A DNA stretch of 41,682 bases. Origin: Octopus bimaculoides. Lineage: Eukaryota. Of this stretch, positions 11,110 to 22,184 are shown piece after piece. Made by a program: the position numbers and the translations under genes. Position 1 is the stretch's first letter. The number at the start of each line of letters is the position of its first letter. The notes beneath the pieces are model-generated. The model was not told the DNA's origin. It worked only from the letters and a program-made list of their open reading frames with translations, and did no database searches. Location of the stretch: NCBI RefSeq assembly GCF_001194135.2, contig NC_068982.1, positions 91,210,790 through 91,252,471 of the forward strand, read 5' to 3'.

Positions 11110-12538
11110 TTAGTTGCAACACAAGCGAAGACGCAAGACTTTACGGTACCCAATCCTATCTAGAGCAGCATTATAATAAGTTGCATGTGATTCAAAAATT
11201 TTATTGTTAGCAGATAATCTAGAGATTCTTGTAGAAATATTCTTAACTAATCCCTGTATAATCGAGGGTGGATAGTTGGATGCTACGTTAATGTACTTAA
11301 TATGATCTTTTGGCTTATGAAATGGTTCAAAAATCCAGTATCAAGAAAATTCACTCTGAGATAATCTTTACCCATAGTAATGTTTAGTCCTAAATTTTTG
11401 AAAAAGTCTAAAGAAATTTTCCTATGCCTTTCTAACTGTACTTTGCTACTTCTGTCCAGAAAAAATAAGGCGTTATCCCTATATAGACCCCACCGCCTGT
11501 TACTTCCGGAAAGGAAAACTGGATTAATGAAAGGATATATATTCCGATTAGGTCACTGGCCTGAGCACAATCATGTGAGCTCATTGCTATATCAAATGCA
11601 TTTTACCTAGATTACTACTCCATAATCTGCCATCAAAATCTACTGGAATGGCTCGCGCGGCAAATATAATATCTATTTCGCGTCGGGACAAATCGGAATT
11701 TTTCATGCTAAAAATCAGGGCTTCATTAAGAACGATCGGGTTAATAGTGACATAATAACTCTCTATATCTAGTTGCAAGAATTTACTATTCTTACTAATT
11801 TCTAGAAGCTTAAACCATCCAAACACCTCTTGGGTATCGGACCAGAGGGTTAATCTAATTTTAGACTTAACAACGGGTATTACCCTATCAATGAATTTCT
11901 TTACTAATGCCTATATCGAATTTAGAAGGACAAATCAATCTAACGGTTGGGTCAATAAGAAAGTTAGGCTTATGGTCCTTAAGCATAATCCGGGGTTTTC
12001 GAGAGATGTAGGGTTCGGTTCTATCATCTATGGTTAGATCTCTGACGATTTGTAGCCCTGTATATTTAATTCTTTTTAATACGTCGTTACTAGCGTGTCT
12101 ATATTTGCTGCGTAATTTCTTCCTAATCATCGACTTTTTAGCTCACTATCAACAATGTAAATGTTACTTGTTTTGTCCGCTGGTACAAGTATCCCCGGAG
12201 CTTTCTTGAAGTCGACAAGTAATTTTCTGATTTTCTGTTGATGTATATTACACCTTCTAAGGTACTTCCTGAACTCCACGTTCTTAACCATACTATATAA
12301 TTCTTCTTCAAATCTGATTAAGTGTTGGTTAGTCAGTGGGTTCCTTCTGGCTTTGAATACTTTTCTTAGTAGGTCACCATGTTCAGGTTTGTCGTTTGCT
12401 CCTTGTCGAAAAAGAAAGCTTTCTACCACACTCTACGTACAAATTGGTTCGTTTCTCCAAAAGATCACGTATGTAATCCCTCCTACTGGGTATAGGTATG
12501 TCCTTTAGCAAAACATCCAGTGTTATTTTATCTATCAT
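11110..12538 (-). mobile_element. Penelope-like element (Naiad/Hydra-type) RT, from start codon to thumb; GIY-YIG missing
   Basis: MIDKITLDVLLKDIPIPSRRDY..(RVW*KAFFF)..LVPADKTSNIY..LKDHKPNF..VRLICPSK..FLQLDIESYY..AFDIAMSSHDCAQASDLIGIYIL..YRDNAL..VNFLD..PFHKP..SNYPPSII..YYNAALDRIGY. The DKT, LKDHK.NF and SN(H/Y)PP motifs are typical of this PLE group; several frameshifts. Confidence 0.85.
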
Positions 12539-12591
12539 CCTGGGACGCTACCATATAGCACCTCCCGGAAATCGGAAATCGGTTGTGGTTA

Positions 12592-12909
12592 ATGGATAAT
12601 AAAACGAATGGTTTACACCTGGTAGCTTACTGGTAAAGCACAGTCACTTACGTCACTTACACAGTGATCGTTAAGTATATGGCAAATGAAAGACGGAAAA
12701 TGGAATATACGTGATTGAACCAGTTGTTGAGTGTCCTACCCATGAGGAATCGATACTAGATGTGTCGAAACAATTGCCGTGATTAATAATAAATTCTCGC
12801 ATATTCTATCTTCCGTCTTTCATTTGCCATATACATAACGATCACTGTGAAAGTGACCGTGCTTTACCAGTAAGCTACCAGGTGTAAACCATTTCGTTTT
12901 ATTATCCAT
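12592..12909. mobile_element. Long inverted repeat / foldback or MITE-like element
   Basis: Arm 12592-12708 is the reverse complement of 12801-12909 apart from a few substitutions and a 9-bp tandem duplication (GTCACTTAC) in the left arm; ~92-bp spacer. No clear TSD. Confidence 0.8.
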
Positions 12910-13014
12910 ATGTGTGTGTGTGTGTGTGCGTGTGCGTGCGTGTGTGTGTGTGTATGTGTGTATGNNNNNNNNNNNNNNNNNNNNNNNNNTGTGTGTGTGT
13001 GTGTGTGTGTGTGT

Positions 13015-13232
13015 GTGTCTGTGTTTGTGTGTCTGTGTTTGTCCCCCCACCATTACTTGACAACCAATGCTGGTGTGTTTACGTCCCTGTAAATTAGCAG
13101 TGCGGCAAAAGAGGCTGATAGAATAAGTACTAGGCTTAGAAAGAATAAGTCCTGGGGTTGATTTCTTCGACTAAAGGCGGTGCTCCAGCATGGCCGCAGT
13201 TAAATGACTAAAACAAATAAAAGAATAAAGAA
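13015..13232 (+). mobile_element. SINE family B 3' half, after internal (TG)n
   Basis: GTGTTTGTCCCCCCACC..TTGACAACC..GCTGGTGTGTTTACGTCCC..GAATAAGTACTAGGC..GGCGGTGCTCCAGCATGGCCGCAG. Confidence 0.85.
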
Positions 13233-14318
13233 TATACACCAGAGAGGCCCTTAGTCAAGCCAGATGTTCCACCGTAGAATGGAAATAGATGTGCTAAAAG
13301 CCAGCAAAAGGACAACGCCTACAATTCAAAACCCAGTCTTGTCACAGATCATCACTCAGCATTTTTCCTTTGAATTACGTTAGAGATACCAAGCTGCTAT
13401 GGTATACTCAACCACTTTCACTTGACTATGATGAGTAGTTCCATTCACAGAACAACCAGGATAATCATCGACAAAACTTAATCAATTATCATGTGTGTAT
13501 GTGTATGGGCACGTGTATATGCACGTACGTGGGTGTAGTTATGCACACTGGAGCAAAATTGCAAATTTCTGCCATCTTTCGGTGTATCTTGTCTTCTATA
13601 GTTACATTAACTTTTGTTGGTATTCTATAGTTAGATTAGCCGGTTACTTGTTATGCTATTGATAATATTTCCATTTCTGTTGTTACATTAATATTTCAAA
13701 TCATTTAAAGATGATACATAGGAGAATTGCTGTAACTACACGACTTCAGTGTTCTGCTGAAGTTAATTGTTTAACATCATTAAAGGCGTGTTGCCAAGAT
13801 TTCAACAGCTATATTCAGCTACCTCAAACAATTTATGTTTAAATAACTACTTTTCTTTAAAAGAATAACTATCATGCATTATCTTCGCACGGTCCCAGTT
13901 AACGAAAATTTAGTCGAATGTTAATTTAATTTCTCTCGGTTATCAAGTTTATTTAATGATAATTATCGAAATTTGGTATTTTATCAAGTGTTTTCGTTTG
14001 TGCATAATGTCATATGCACCTCTTTAGTTTTAGTAAATTAAAGTATTCAATCTGCGTCGGTTTTTATCTTGGGACGGTCATTATGTCAATATGAAACACA
14101 TGCACTGAGTCTATTTCACTTCTTTAATTATTAGTCAGCTAGGTAACCATTTGACCATCTAATTAATCTAGTTCTAGACCTGGAGTAAAAAGGGCATGTT
14201 ACTGATGGTGTCGTAAATGGCATCGAAAGGGTTCTGACGAACCTAGCTTGTTGTTGATCGACCGAACGATTAATGAAACAATAGATTAGTTAATTAGTTA
14301 AATGGCTTACCAGTTAAC

Positions 14319-14332
14319 TAATAATAATAATA

Positions 14333-14381
<49 letters not shown>
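14319..14381. repeat. (TAA)5 joined to (TTA)n trinucleotide tract
   Basis: Read directly; the two tracts are mutually complementary. Confidence 0.95.
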
Positions 14382-14382
<1 letters not shown>

Positions 14383-14383
<1 letters not shown>

Positions 14384-14470
14384 AGACCAGGGCCGATTTC
14401 TTCGACTAAAGGCGGTGCTCCAGCATGGCCGCAGTCAAATGACCGAAACAAATAAAAGAATAAAGAATAT
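14383..14470 (+). mobile_element. SINE family B 3' end
   Basis: GATTTCTTCGACTAAAGGCGGTGCTCCAGCATGGCCGCAGTCAAATGACCGAAAC. Confidence 0.85.
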
Positions 14471-14477
14471 TCACCAA

Positions 14478-15050
14478 AGTGGACTTTAGCCTCTAATGTA
14501 CTGATGCAGTACCAGGCAGTGGCTCTCATGACTTTTGATCTTAACTGATTGCAAGTGTTATCATGTATATTGTTTTGTCTTGGTATCAAAGACGAGTTAC
14601 AGCAAATATTCTGCTCAATACCACAGATTTGCTTGTTAGTTGCTTGACCTTAACTAGTTGAGCATGTCCCTTGGTGGCTGACGATATGTACATCTCTGAT
14701 CACGTGCAGAAGTAGTGGGGGAGCATCATAGCCATGTGTAGAGTTGAAATTCAAAGGGTTCGCATAATTCATTTCTGGAAACTTGGGTATTTCGTTCATC
14801 ATCCTTAAACAAACTTTATTCAGGGACCTTTTGAATGGGATGGGCTACTCGAACTGAAGAAAATTCTAACTGGGCCCCACTTGCAAGGTCATGCGTTGTT
14901 TATCTTGATATGAGATCACAAATGTCACGCACATATGGTTGTGACGCATGTGCCTGGTGTACCGTTATCAGACGGATAGTCATGATGAGTATATTACCCC
15001 AGTGTCACTTTGATGGCATGCACTGCTCTCTCACTCGATAGTAATAACAA
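14478..15050 (+). repeat. Unclassified interspersed repeat (recalled as common in Octopus)
   Basis: Non-coding, more GC-balanced block ending in TAATAAC. Recognised from memory only; single copy in this window. Confidence 0.35.
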
Positions 15051-15339
15051 TAAAGTGAAAAAGCGCCAATACCGTGTTTTTTCTTAGCATAGTGACTCTC
15101 CATAAGATACAACAAAATTTGTTTCAACACAGAATATCACATCAAGAATTTTACAAACTAAATGCAAAAATGCAATCAATCTATATTGTTTTATTGATAA
15201 GAGAATTTAAGTTTTTCTAAGCGGTAGTTAATTTAGTTCTTCACCTAAATTTATTTTAATAAGTCAGCGGGGGTGAGGCTGTATCCATGGCATTTGAAGA
15301 TCTTCCATGACTGGCGGGTTTGATTGCCGTTCAGTTAAA

Positions 15340-15505
15340 AATCTGTAAGTCAATATTTACAGAAAAAATATGGCTGGGATGAGCACTTGAGACAAAGTTT
15401 GAAAAGGTGTTTATAGAAGGTAAGATACAACGGGAGTAACAGGAAAACAGAGAGAGAGACAAATGAATTAGGTGGCCCTGGATTGTGAAGACATGCCGCT
15501 ACTGC
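15340..15505 (+). mobile_element. Possible RTE-type LINE 3' remnant
   Basis: FEKVFIEGKIQRE*QENRERDK* resembles the RTE pattern LEKxILQGKIEGKRxRGRxRxKW. Confidence 0.35.
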
Positions 15506-15507
15506 TA

Positions 15508-16706
15508 CAATGGTGGGCTGAAAAGTTCATAGACTGACCAAGATACTCTGATCGAATGCGACCAAATGCGGTTTATTTTTTACATACTCCCCCTTGCGGT
15601 CCACACGCTTCTTCTATCGGTGTTGCGGTGCTTCGATCCCATTGGTGAAGAAGCTTTATCAGTGCGATAATGTTTCCCAGCCAATTGTCTTTCATGTTGA
15701 GGAACAGATGATAGCCAGATGGTGCCAAATCAGGAGAATAGGGAGGGTGATCAACCAGTCCAAAGCTACAGTCAAGCACAGCAGCCATTGAAACGAAGGA
15801 CTTGTGCGCTGGAACATTGTCCTGATGAAACAAAGACCTCTTTTGGCGATTTGGTCTTGATAGCCTTTCGTAGCTACCTCAACAAGTTAACATAGTACTT
15901 TCCACTGATGGTGTGGCCCTTTTGAAGATAGTCAATAAACACAATACCTTTTACTTTCCAAACATCTCAGGCTATCACCTTCCCTGGAGATGAAACGACT
16001 TTGGCGTTCTTGGGAGTAGAAGACAGGTGTTTCCACTGCATAAATTGTCTCTTTGTTTCTGTCTCAAAGGGGTGAAGCCAACATTCATCCTGGATTAGGA
16101 AACGTTCAAGGAAATCAGCTGGATCTGTCTCAAACAGCTGTTCCCATGATTTGATCAGCCTGATGTGCCTTTGATCAGATGTCCGAAGACGTAGTACCCA
16201 CTGAGAAGAAACCTTCGTCACGCCAAGTTCATTGTGCACAATATTCTCAACTCTCTCACGAGATATACTAATAGCATTGGTCATTTAACTTATAGTCAAT
16301 GACGTGTCATCCATCAGCATGTTATGAACACGATCAATATTTTCCTTGGAGGTGATAGTTGCAGGACGTCCAAACCTGGGGTCATCTTCAAGTCTCCTCC
16401 TTCTAAATCCAACTGCCCACTTTTGCACTGTTGATACGTCATCTCCTAATGTAGCACCCATTTCAGCATCATGTCCTTTTGTGGCTAAAGCCTTTTTCTG
16501 CGAGTACTTGATAAATACTGATCCATTTGCAAGACATGTAGCTACGAGTTACTTTTGAAGTCTTCTTTGGACAGTCAGATGTCAGTTTACCTGGGAAGAA
16601 ACAATGCATTTATTAATAAAAGAGATGAAATTAATACCCGCAAGATTTCACAGCTCTAGTATCATTCCTTCATAGTCAGTCTATGAACTTTTTAGCCCAA
16701 TCTTCG
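15508..16706 (-). mobile_element. Mariner (DD34D, irritans/Himar-like) transposon, near full length, pseudogenised
   Basis: TIRs (T)ACxxxGGTGGGCTGAAAAGTTCATAGACTGAC at both ends with TA flanks (15506-07, 16707-08). Transposase remnants DDPRFGRP, QWVLRL (WVPRxL motif), QDECW, FHQDNVPAH and HPPYSPDLAPSGYHLF. Confidence 0.92.
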
Positions 16707-16994
16707 TAATTAATTCAGAACAGTAGAGGCTGTTTTGTGATGACGATATTTTACATAAAAGATGGATGCCTAGATGATAACATTCTTAGAATCCAAACAA
16801 GATAGCTATCCGGTACAAGTAATGTTAATTAGGAAGGAAAAATCTTTTGTATATTTCAAAGAAACAGTTTTTTTTATCTGTTCTTTTTTGTACGTTTGAG
16901 ATTTCCCCGTTGGTTTATATAACACAGTTGACTTATTTCACTCTCAGGGAAAATGCAGAACTTTATTCCGTTAAGCATTAATATCATTGCGTTA

Positions 16995-17215
16995 TGCCCA
17001 CTGGTGTGTTGTATACAGCTTTCACTGACATATTGCAATATCATTTGTTGTATATATTTTCATGGCATTATAGTGAATTCCATAGAGGAATTGAGAATTC
17101 TATGGATGTTTGGAATCATTCAGCCATATTCAGAAACATGATTATCACTAATAGCTCTCTGATAACTGGGAATTCGATGGTTAGCTTGCCATTAGTTGGA
17201 AACATCTCATATTTG
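16995..17215. repeat. Diverged local repeat, copy 1 (unclassified)
   Basis: GTGTTGTATACAG..GAATTCCATAGAGGAATTGAGAATTCTATGGATGTTTG aligns with 18383-18560. Confidence 0.7.
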
Positions 17216-18382
17216 ACATTTAAAATTATGGAAAACAAAAACAATGCATCTGAGAGTAGCCATATGTGCACGTCAGCCGATGCACATGTATATTTATGAA
17301 TATATTTCAACTGCAATAAAGGATAAGGACAGCTTGCGTCTCACGATTCTGCATTCCGTTTTAAAACAGTGTCACATAATGGAAAAGGGAAAGTTTGGTT
17401 TCCTCCATGCTCACATATTCGGTGTTTTATCCATGTGATAATGTAAAGCTGTGTTATTGATGATATTGTTCGTTAACCCAGCCACCTCGATTGAGCAAAC
17501 CTATAAGAAAATACATGGTAACCGTGGCCATCCCATTATTTTAGAATTGTGTTAATTTACATGAACCAACGTGTCTATTTCTTCCCCAGGACAGAGTGAT
17601 GTGATATGAGAGAGATTTCGCTTCTATTTTTAGCAGGGTGAGCGAACACGTAGATGCTCCCTCGCTGTATGTGTGAACAAGTTGTTGTGTTGAGTTGTTA
17701 GTGTTGAAGTTTACCAGATACGTTTTTGTTGATTTTATTTTGTCATAATTCACTTCTATTATCCTTTGAAGGACACTTTTAAATAATTAGGATCTTATAA
17801 ACCTTAGGGTTTTCTATTACTTAAGATCATGGGATTTGGATAATAAGTCATATATGAATCTTACATTCCTAAGTTGTTATGATTCTCACTGTCTAGTATT
17901 AAATCTGTCTAAAATGTCCTATTGTAAAATATTTTATTCCTCAAAGTTTTAGATTTACCAAAGCAATAAAATGGTTAAATAAGATACTTGTTTTTTTTAA
18001 TATTCTCTGGGTTCCCTGCAGTCCACCAGAAATACGTCAAAGCAGTTCACGTGATTGACATTCGACTGTAAACGTATAGCGCTATCTTGAGACGCACACG
18101 TAATTGTATACAGCTCGGTTTATATAACAACCTGGAATGCGTACAGTCGTTGGAAAGCAAACGACTTCGTTGTTTTCTTCCACAGAAAACTCAGCAAATG
18201 CCTCGGCTACAGTATCACTAAGAGGTTTTCAAGTGAATGTTTGGAAGAGTAGACTTGGGGAGTGCATGAAATTATGACATAAATCTAGGTCTGAGATTTC
18301 CCTAAGATTTATATCGCCGTTTACTTATTTTACCTAAGTTTTTACTATATGCCTAAGTTTTTACTATATTATACCCATTATT

Positions 18383-18660
18383 GTGTTGTATACAGGTCTT
18401 ACTAACATATTACATCATCATTTATTGCTTATATTTTCATTGACATATAATGAATTCTACAGTGGAATTGAGATATCTATGGATGTTTGTATTCGTCAAT
18501 CATATCAGGAAACATTATTTTCATTAATAGCTGTTTAATAGCAGAGAATTGGATTTACTTTTATCTAGTAATCTGGAATTGGTAACAGCTCATTAGGAAA
18601 CAAGCGACTTTGTTTTCTCCCACAGAAACTAATAAAAGACTTGGCTTCAGTATAACTAAG
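18383..18660. repeat. Diverged local repeat, copy 2; its 3' part also matches ~18125-18225
   Basis: Homology to 16995-17215. The block GGAAA..CGACTT..TTGTTTTCT(T/C)CCACAGAAA..CT(C/T)GGCT(A/T)CAGTAT(C/A)ACTAAG is shared with 18150-18222. Confidence 0.7.
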
Positions 18661-18735
18661 GATGTATACAATGATGTACACTCACACACACAGACACACA
18701 CACTCACACACACACACATACACATGCACACATAC

Positions 18736-18783
<48 letters not shown>

Positions 18784-18819
18784 NNNNNNNNNNGTGTGTG
18801 TGTGTATACACGAGTAAGC

Positions 18820-19040
18820 ACATAAATGCAAAACAAGGTAGAAAAATAGTACTCGAATACTGAAGGTAGATTAATTTGCTTATTTATTAAAGCTGCAAAA
18901 ACATCACAAAAAAATTGTTACTCAGAGTTTAACGTTCCCCTTCGTCAGACAGTTGAACTAATAAAATATCTCCAGACGACTAAGTGAACTAAGAAATTAT
19001 CTCTAGTGTCTTGATCACAACTGTCCGACGAACGAGAAGA
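18820..19040 (-). mobile_element. Penelope-type terminal repeat remnant with a degenerate minimal hammerhead and an inverted half-copy
   Basis: Minus 18954-18913: AACTGT-CTGACGA-AG GGGAAC GT-TAAA-CTC T GAG-TA-ACAATT. Inverted partial copy AACTGT-CCGACGA-AC GAGAA at 19019-19038. Confidence 0.6.
18913..18954 (-). ncRNA. Type I minimal hammerhead ribozyme motif, mutated (GAAA>TAAA), probably inactive
   Basis: CUGACGA core, short stem II, near-palindromic stem III CTCTGAG, GUA cleavage triplet and stem I AACTGT/ACAATT (one mismatch). Confidence 0.6.
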
Positions 19041-19309
19041 AGCAAAAGGGATTTAAAAATCCAGCAGATATGAATAAAGCACTCATTGTTAATCGAATTT
19101 GGTTAACTATATCCAACAATCAAATACTAATAAATTCAAATAGAATAAACAGCCAAGATAATTCCTTATGTATGACATGTAAATCCAAATATCGTTTCGA
19201 AGAATTTCAAGAAATTCTGATTATAAGACAACAAAAAAAGAATGGAGGAAATCACATTTTTAATTGGTGATTACACTATTGTGCCAGCATATTTAGTTAC
19301 AGAAAATAT

Positions 19310-19530
19310 CAAATTACTATTACGTTGTGTTCTCGAGAAAAACTCTTCATTTGACGCTGTGCCAGTCCATTCACCTGCAAAATGAGTCCCAGCAATATTT
19401 GGTAAGTTAACCCCACGGCGGACCAGCGTCCCGGTTAGCAGGGAAATGTTGTAATCGCACTCACTTATATCCATGCAAACCTAGTCCAGTTCTGGTCTCA
19501 TGAGTCCTTGGGCTCATGATAGACCTAACT
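19310..19530 (+). mobile_element. SINE body with CORE-like and V-domain-like blocks
   Basis: GTTGTGTTCTCGAGAAAAAC..CAGTCCATTCACCTGCAAAATGAG..AACCCCACGGCGGACCAGCGTCCCGG; the latter resembles the V-SINE motif CCCTGCGATGGACTGGCGxCCxGT. Confidence 0.45.
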
Positions 19531-19592
19531 ACCCATATTACGAAAGTGTCAATGCACCGCATCCTCTTTAAACAAAACCCAGTACAGAACTA

Positions 19593-20686
19593 CCATATAT
19601 TTCCGCGTATAAGACGACTTTTAAATTCCAAAATTTACCCTAAAAATTTGGGGTCGTCTTATACCAGCATTCTAAAACTCAAACTTTGAATTTTAAGTGA
19701 TTTTATAAGTAAACTAACCTCTACCGCGTGCGATAACCTCAGACATACGTGAACAGATTAACAAAATAAAAAATATATATAAAATAAGTAATAAAAACAT
19801 TTTTACTTCATATATTATTGACACACCTTCATAATAAATAGCCTATTCGAGGGACAACCCTCGTACCATCTTCTCGGTGATATCGAATGTTCTAGCAGCA
19901 GCACAATTGTTCGAACTCCAGCCTACTTCTATAACTTTCAATCTGAAACTAGCCTCATATTTTCTTCTTTTTGCTGATGGTTGCATGTTGGTATGGGTAT
20001 AAAATGATTATCAATTTCACTTTCACAGTTTGTGATTTTATATGAAGTATAGGTAAATGGTTATTAATACTCCAGGCTGACTGTAACTGTTTAGAACATT
20101 TCAGTCATATGAACCACCATTATCGTATTGTTGTTAGCGGTTGTTATGACAGTGATAAAGTTTTGATAAACAAGAAGAAGAATCAGAATTCGGAAGAGAT
20201 CAGCTGATAAACGCAAACAAAACAGTGGTTTTCCTTTTAGGCAAAGTATATAGGAAAAATATGTTACAGAATTGTTTTTGCTTTTATTGGTAAATGTTAG
20301 GATATATACAGTATATATTGGTATATATTCTGTGAATAGGAAAAGAAGAGGAAGGAGAGGAAAAAGCGGAAAAATCAGTATTTGCAAAAGATCAGCTGAT
20401 GAAACGTAAACAAAAAATGGTTTCCTTTTAGGCGATGTGTGTGTGAAAAAACATGATACAGAAACGGATTTGTTATTTCATTTAATTAAATTTCTAAGTA
20501 TATAGTAAGTAAAAAAAAAAAACATTTGTAATAACATCACCTTTACATGACCAATATTCCTAAAGATACCTGTCGTTGCAAAAGCTAGCCTGTCCACGAG
20601 TGGTTTTGTAATTTAGCAGTCGTCTTATACTACAGATATGAAATAAATTCATGAAATATTTTACAAATGTTGACCTCGTCTTATCN
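19593..20686 (-). mobile_element. pogo-family DNA transposon derivative with CENP-B-type HTH remnant
   Basis: Terminus TA|CCATATATTTCCGCGTATAAGACGAC with subterminal GTCGTCTTATAC repeats at both ends (19653, 20620, 20677). Minus ORF from 19986 reads MQPSAKRRKYEASFRLKVIEVGWSSNNCAAARTFDITEKMVR. Far end is in the N gap. Internal ~75-bp direct repeat at ~20197 and ~20390. Confidence 0.75.
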
Positions 20687-21069
20687 NNNNNNNNNNNNNN
20701 NNNNNNNNNNNNNNNNNNNNNNNNNNNNNNNNNNNNNNNNNNNNNNNNNNNNNNNNNNNNNNNNNNNNNNNNNNNNNNNNNNNNNNNNNNNNNNNNNNNN
20801 NNNNNNNNNNNNNNNNNNNNNNNNNNNNNNNNNNNNNNNNNNNNNNNNNNNNNNNNNNNNNNNNNNNNNNNNNNNNNNNNNNNNNNNNNNNNNNNNNNNN
20901 NNNNNNNNNNNNNNNNNNNNNNNNNNNNNNNNNNNNNNNNNNNNNNNNNNNNNNNNNNNNNNNNNNNNNNNNNNNNNNNNNNNNNNNNNNNNNNNNNNNN
21001 NNNNNNNNNNNNNNNNNNNNNNNNNNNNNNNNNNNNNNNNNNNNNNNNNNNNNNNNNNNNNNNNNNNNN

Positions 21070-21330
21070 GCAGCTTCTGGCGTTTCCTTCTCCCCAAGTC
21101 TTTGCTTTTTTATACTGTCAGTCACACGACGAGTCTCGGCAGCCTCCGGCGTTTCGTTTTCCCTATGTCTTCGCTTTTGCAACTGTCAGTTGCACGGCGA
21201 CTGTCGGCAGCTGCTGGTGCCTCTTCCTGCCTTTTCTTTTTCATGCGCTCTGCATTTTCTTTCTTTCGTTGCTCCACACTTTTAGATCTAGATGGAGGCA
21301 TGACTGCTGTGGTTGAATGTTTTTCCAAAG
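21070..21330 (-). pseudogene. N-terminal STPR-like 23-aa repeat ORF remnant, probably Helitron RepHel N-terminus
   Basis: MPPSRSKSVEQRKKENAERMKKKRQE, then EAPAAADSRRATDSCK(K)RRHREN (1-nt deletion), then ETPEAAETRRVTDSIKKQRLGEK, then ETPEA into the N gap; 69-bp periodicity. Confidence 0.6.
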
Positions 21331-22184
21331 TAGGCCTACTATCTGATAAGTCACTCCTGTAAGATCAGCTGGTGTCTTACTGAAGCTATTCTACGAGTTA
21401 TATTTTTCAAGTACAAGATCAAGTATGTGAAATTGTGAATAAAGTGCAACAGTTTCTACTACCATAGCAAATGGTTCTGTGTGTTATTGAGAAATTTATA
21501 GAGAGCAAAACAAAGCTTCTTTTAAACAAATAACTCTAGACTTCTTTTTTAAAAAGAAATCTACTACTCCATCTACAAGTGCTGGTGTATCAGTGATCGT
21601 GTCTGCAAGTGATGGTGTGTGTATGAGTCTAGTGCAAGTGAAAGTGCTTCAGAAAATGATTAATTTCAGGCCTTGTGCCTATAGTAGAAAAGATTATTTT
21701 TAGACACAATTGGAGCTGTGTGTGTAGTTCACTATCAGTTGTTTTCAACTACTAGTCAGGTCAGTATGAACAGTTTTCTATATAAGCTACTTTTAAAAGA
21801 GGCATCTGTCTACTTACCAAACTAAACCTACCTACCTACTTTACATCCCTCTGTGGTCAGTATAGTATCAATCATCCCTCAAGGGTCCAGCATCAGTTGT
21901 TGTTACTACTGCCTCCTCTTCTACTGCTGCTTTTAGCAACCCTTGAATATGTTAGTGTCATTTAATTTCTGAACTGTTTCGCTGCCGTTTGTTTTTGTAG
22001 TTTGATCTCTTTATCCATCAGTTTCTAGTAAGATAGATACGCGAGTAAAATTACTAATAGAGAAACGAAAATAAAATTTTGGAAACAGCAACACCACTAT
22101 ATGTTAAGTGAAAACCATGAACGTGTTTTCAAGGGAGATAATCACAGATAAACTTCAAAGAACGTAACATTGTAATACTTCATG

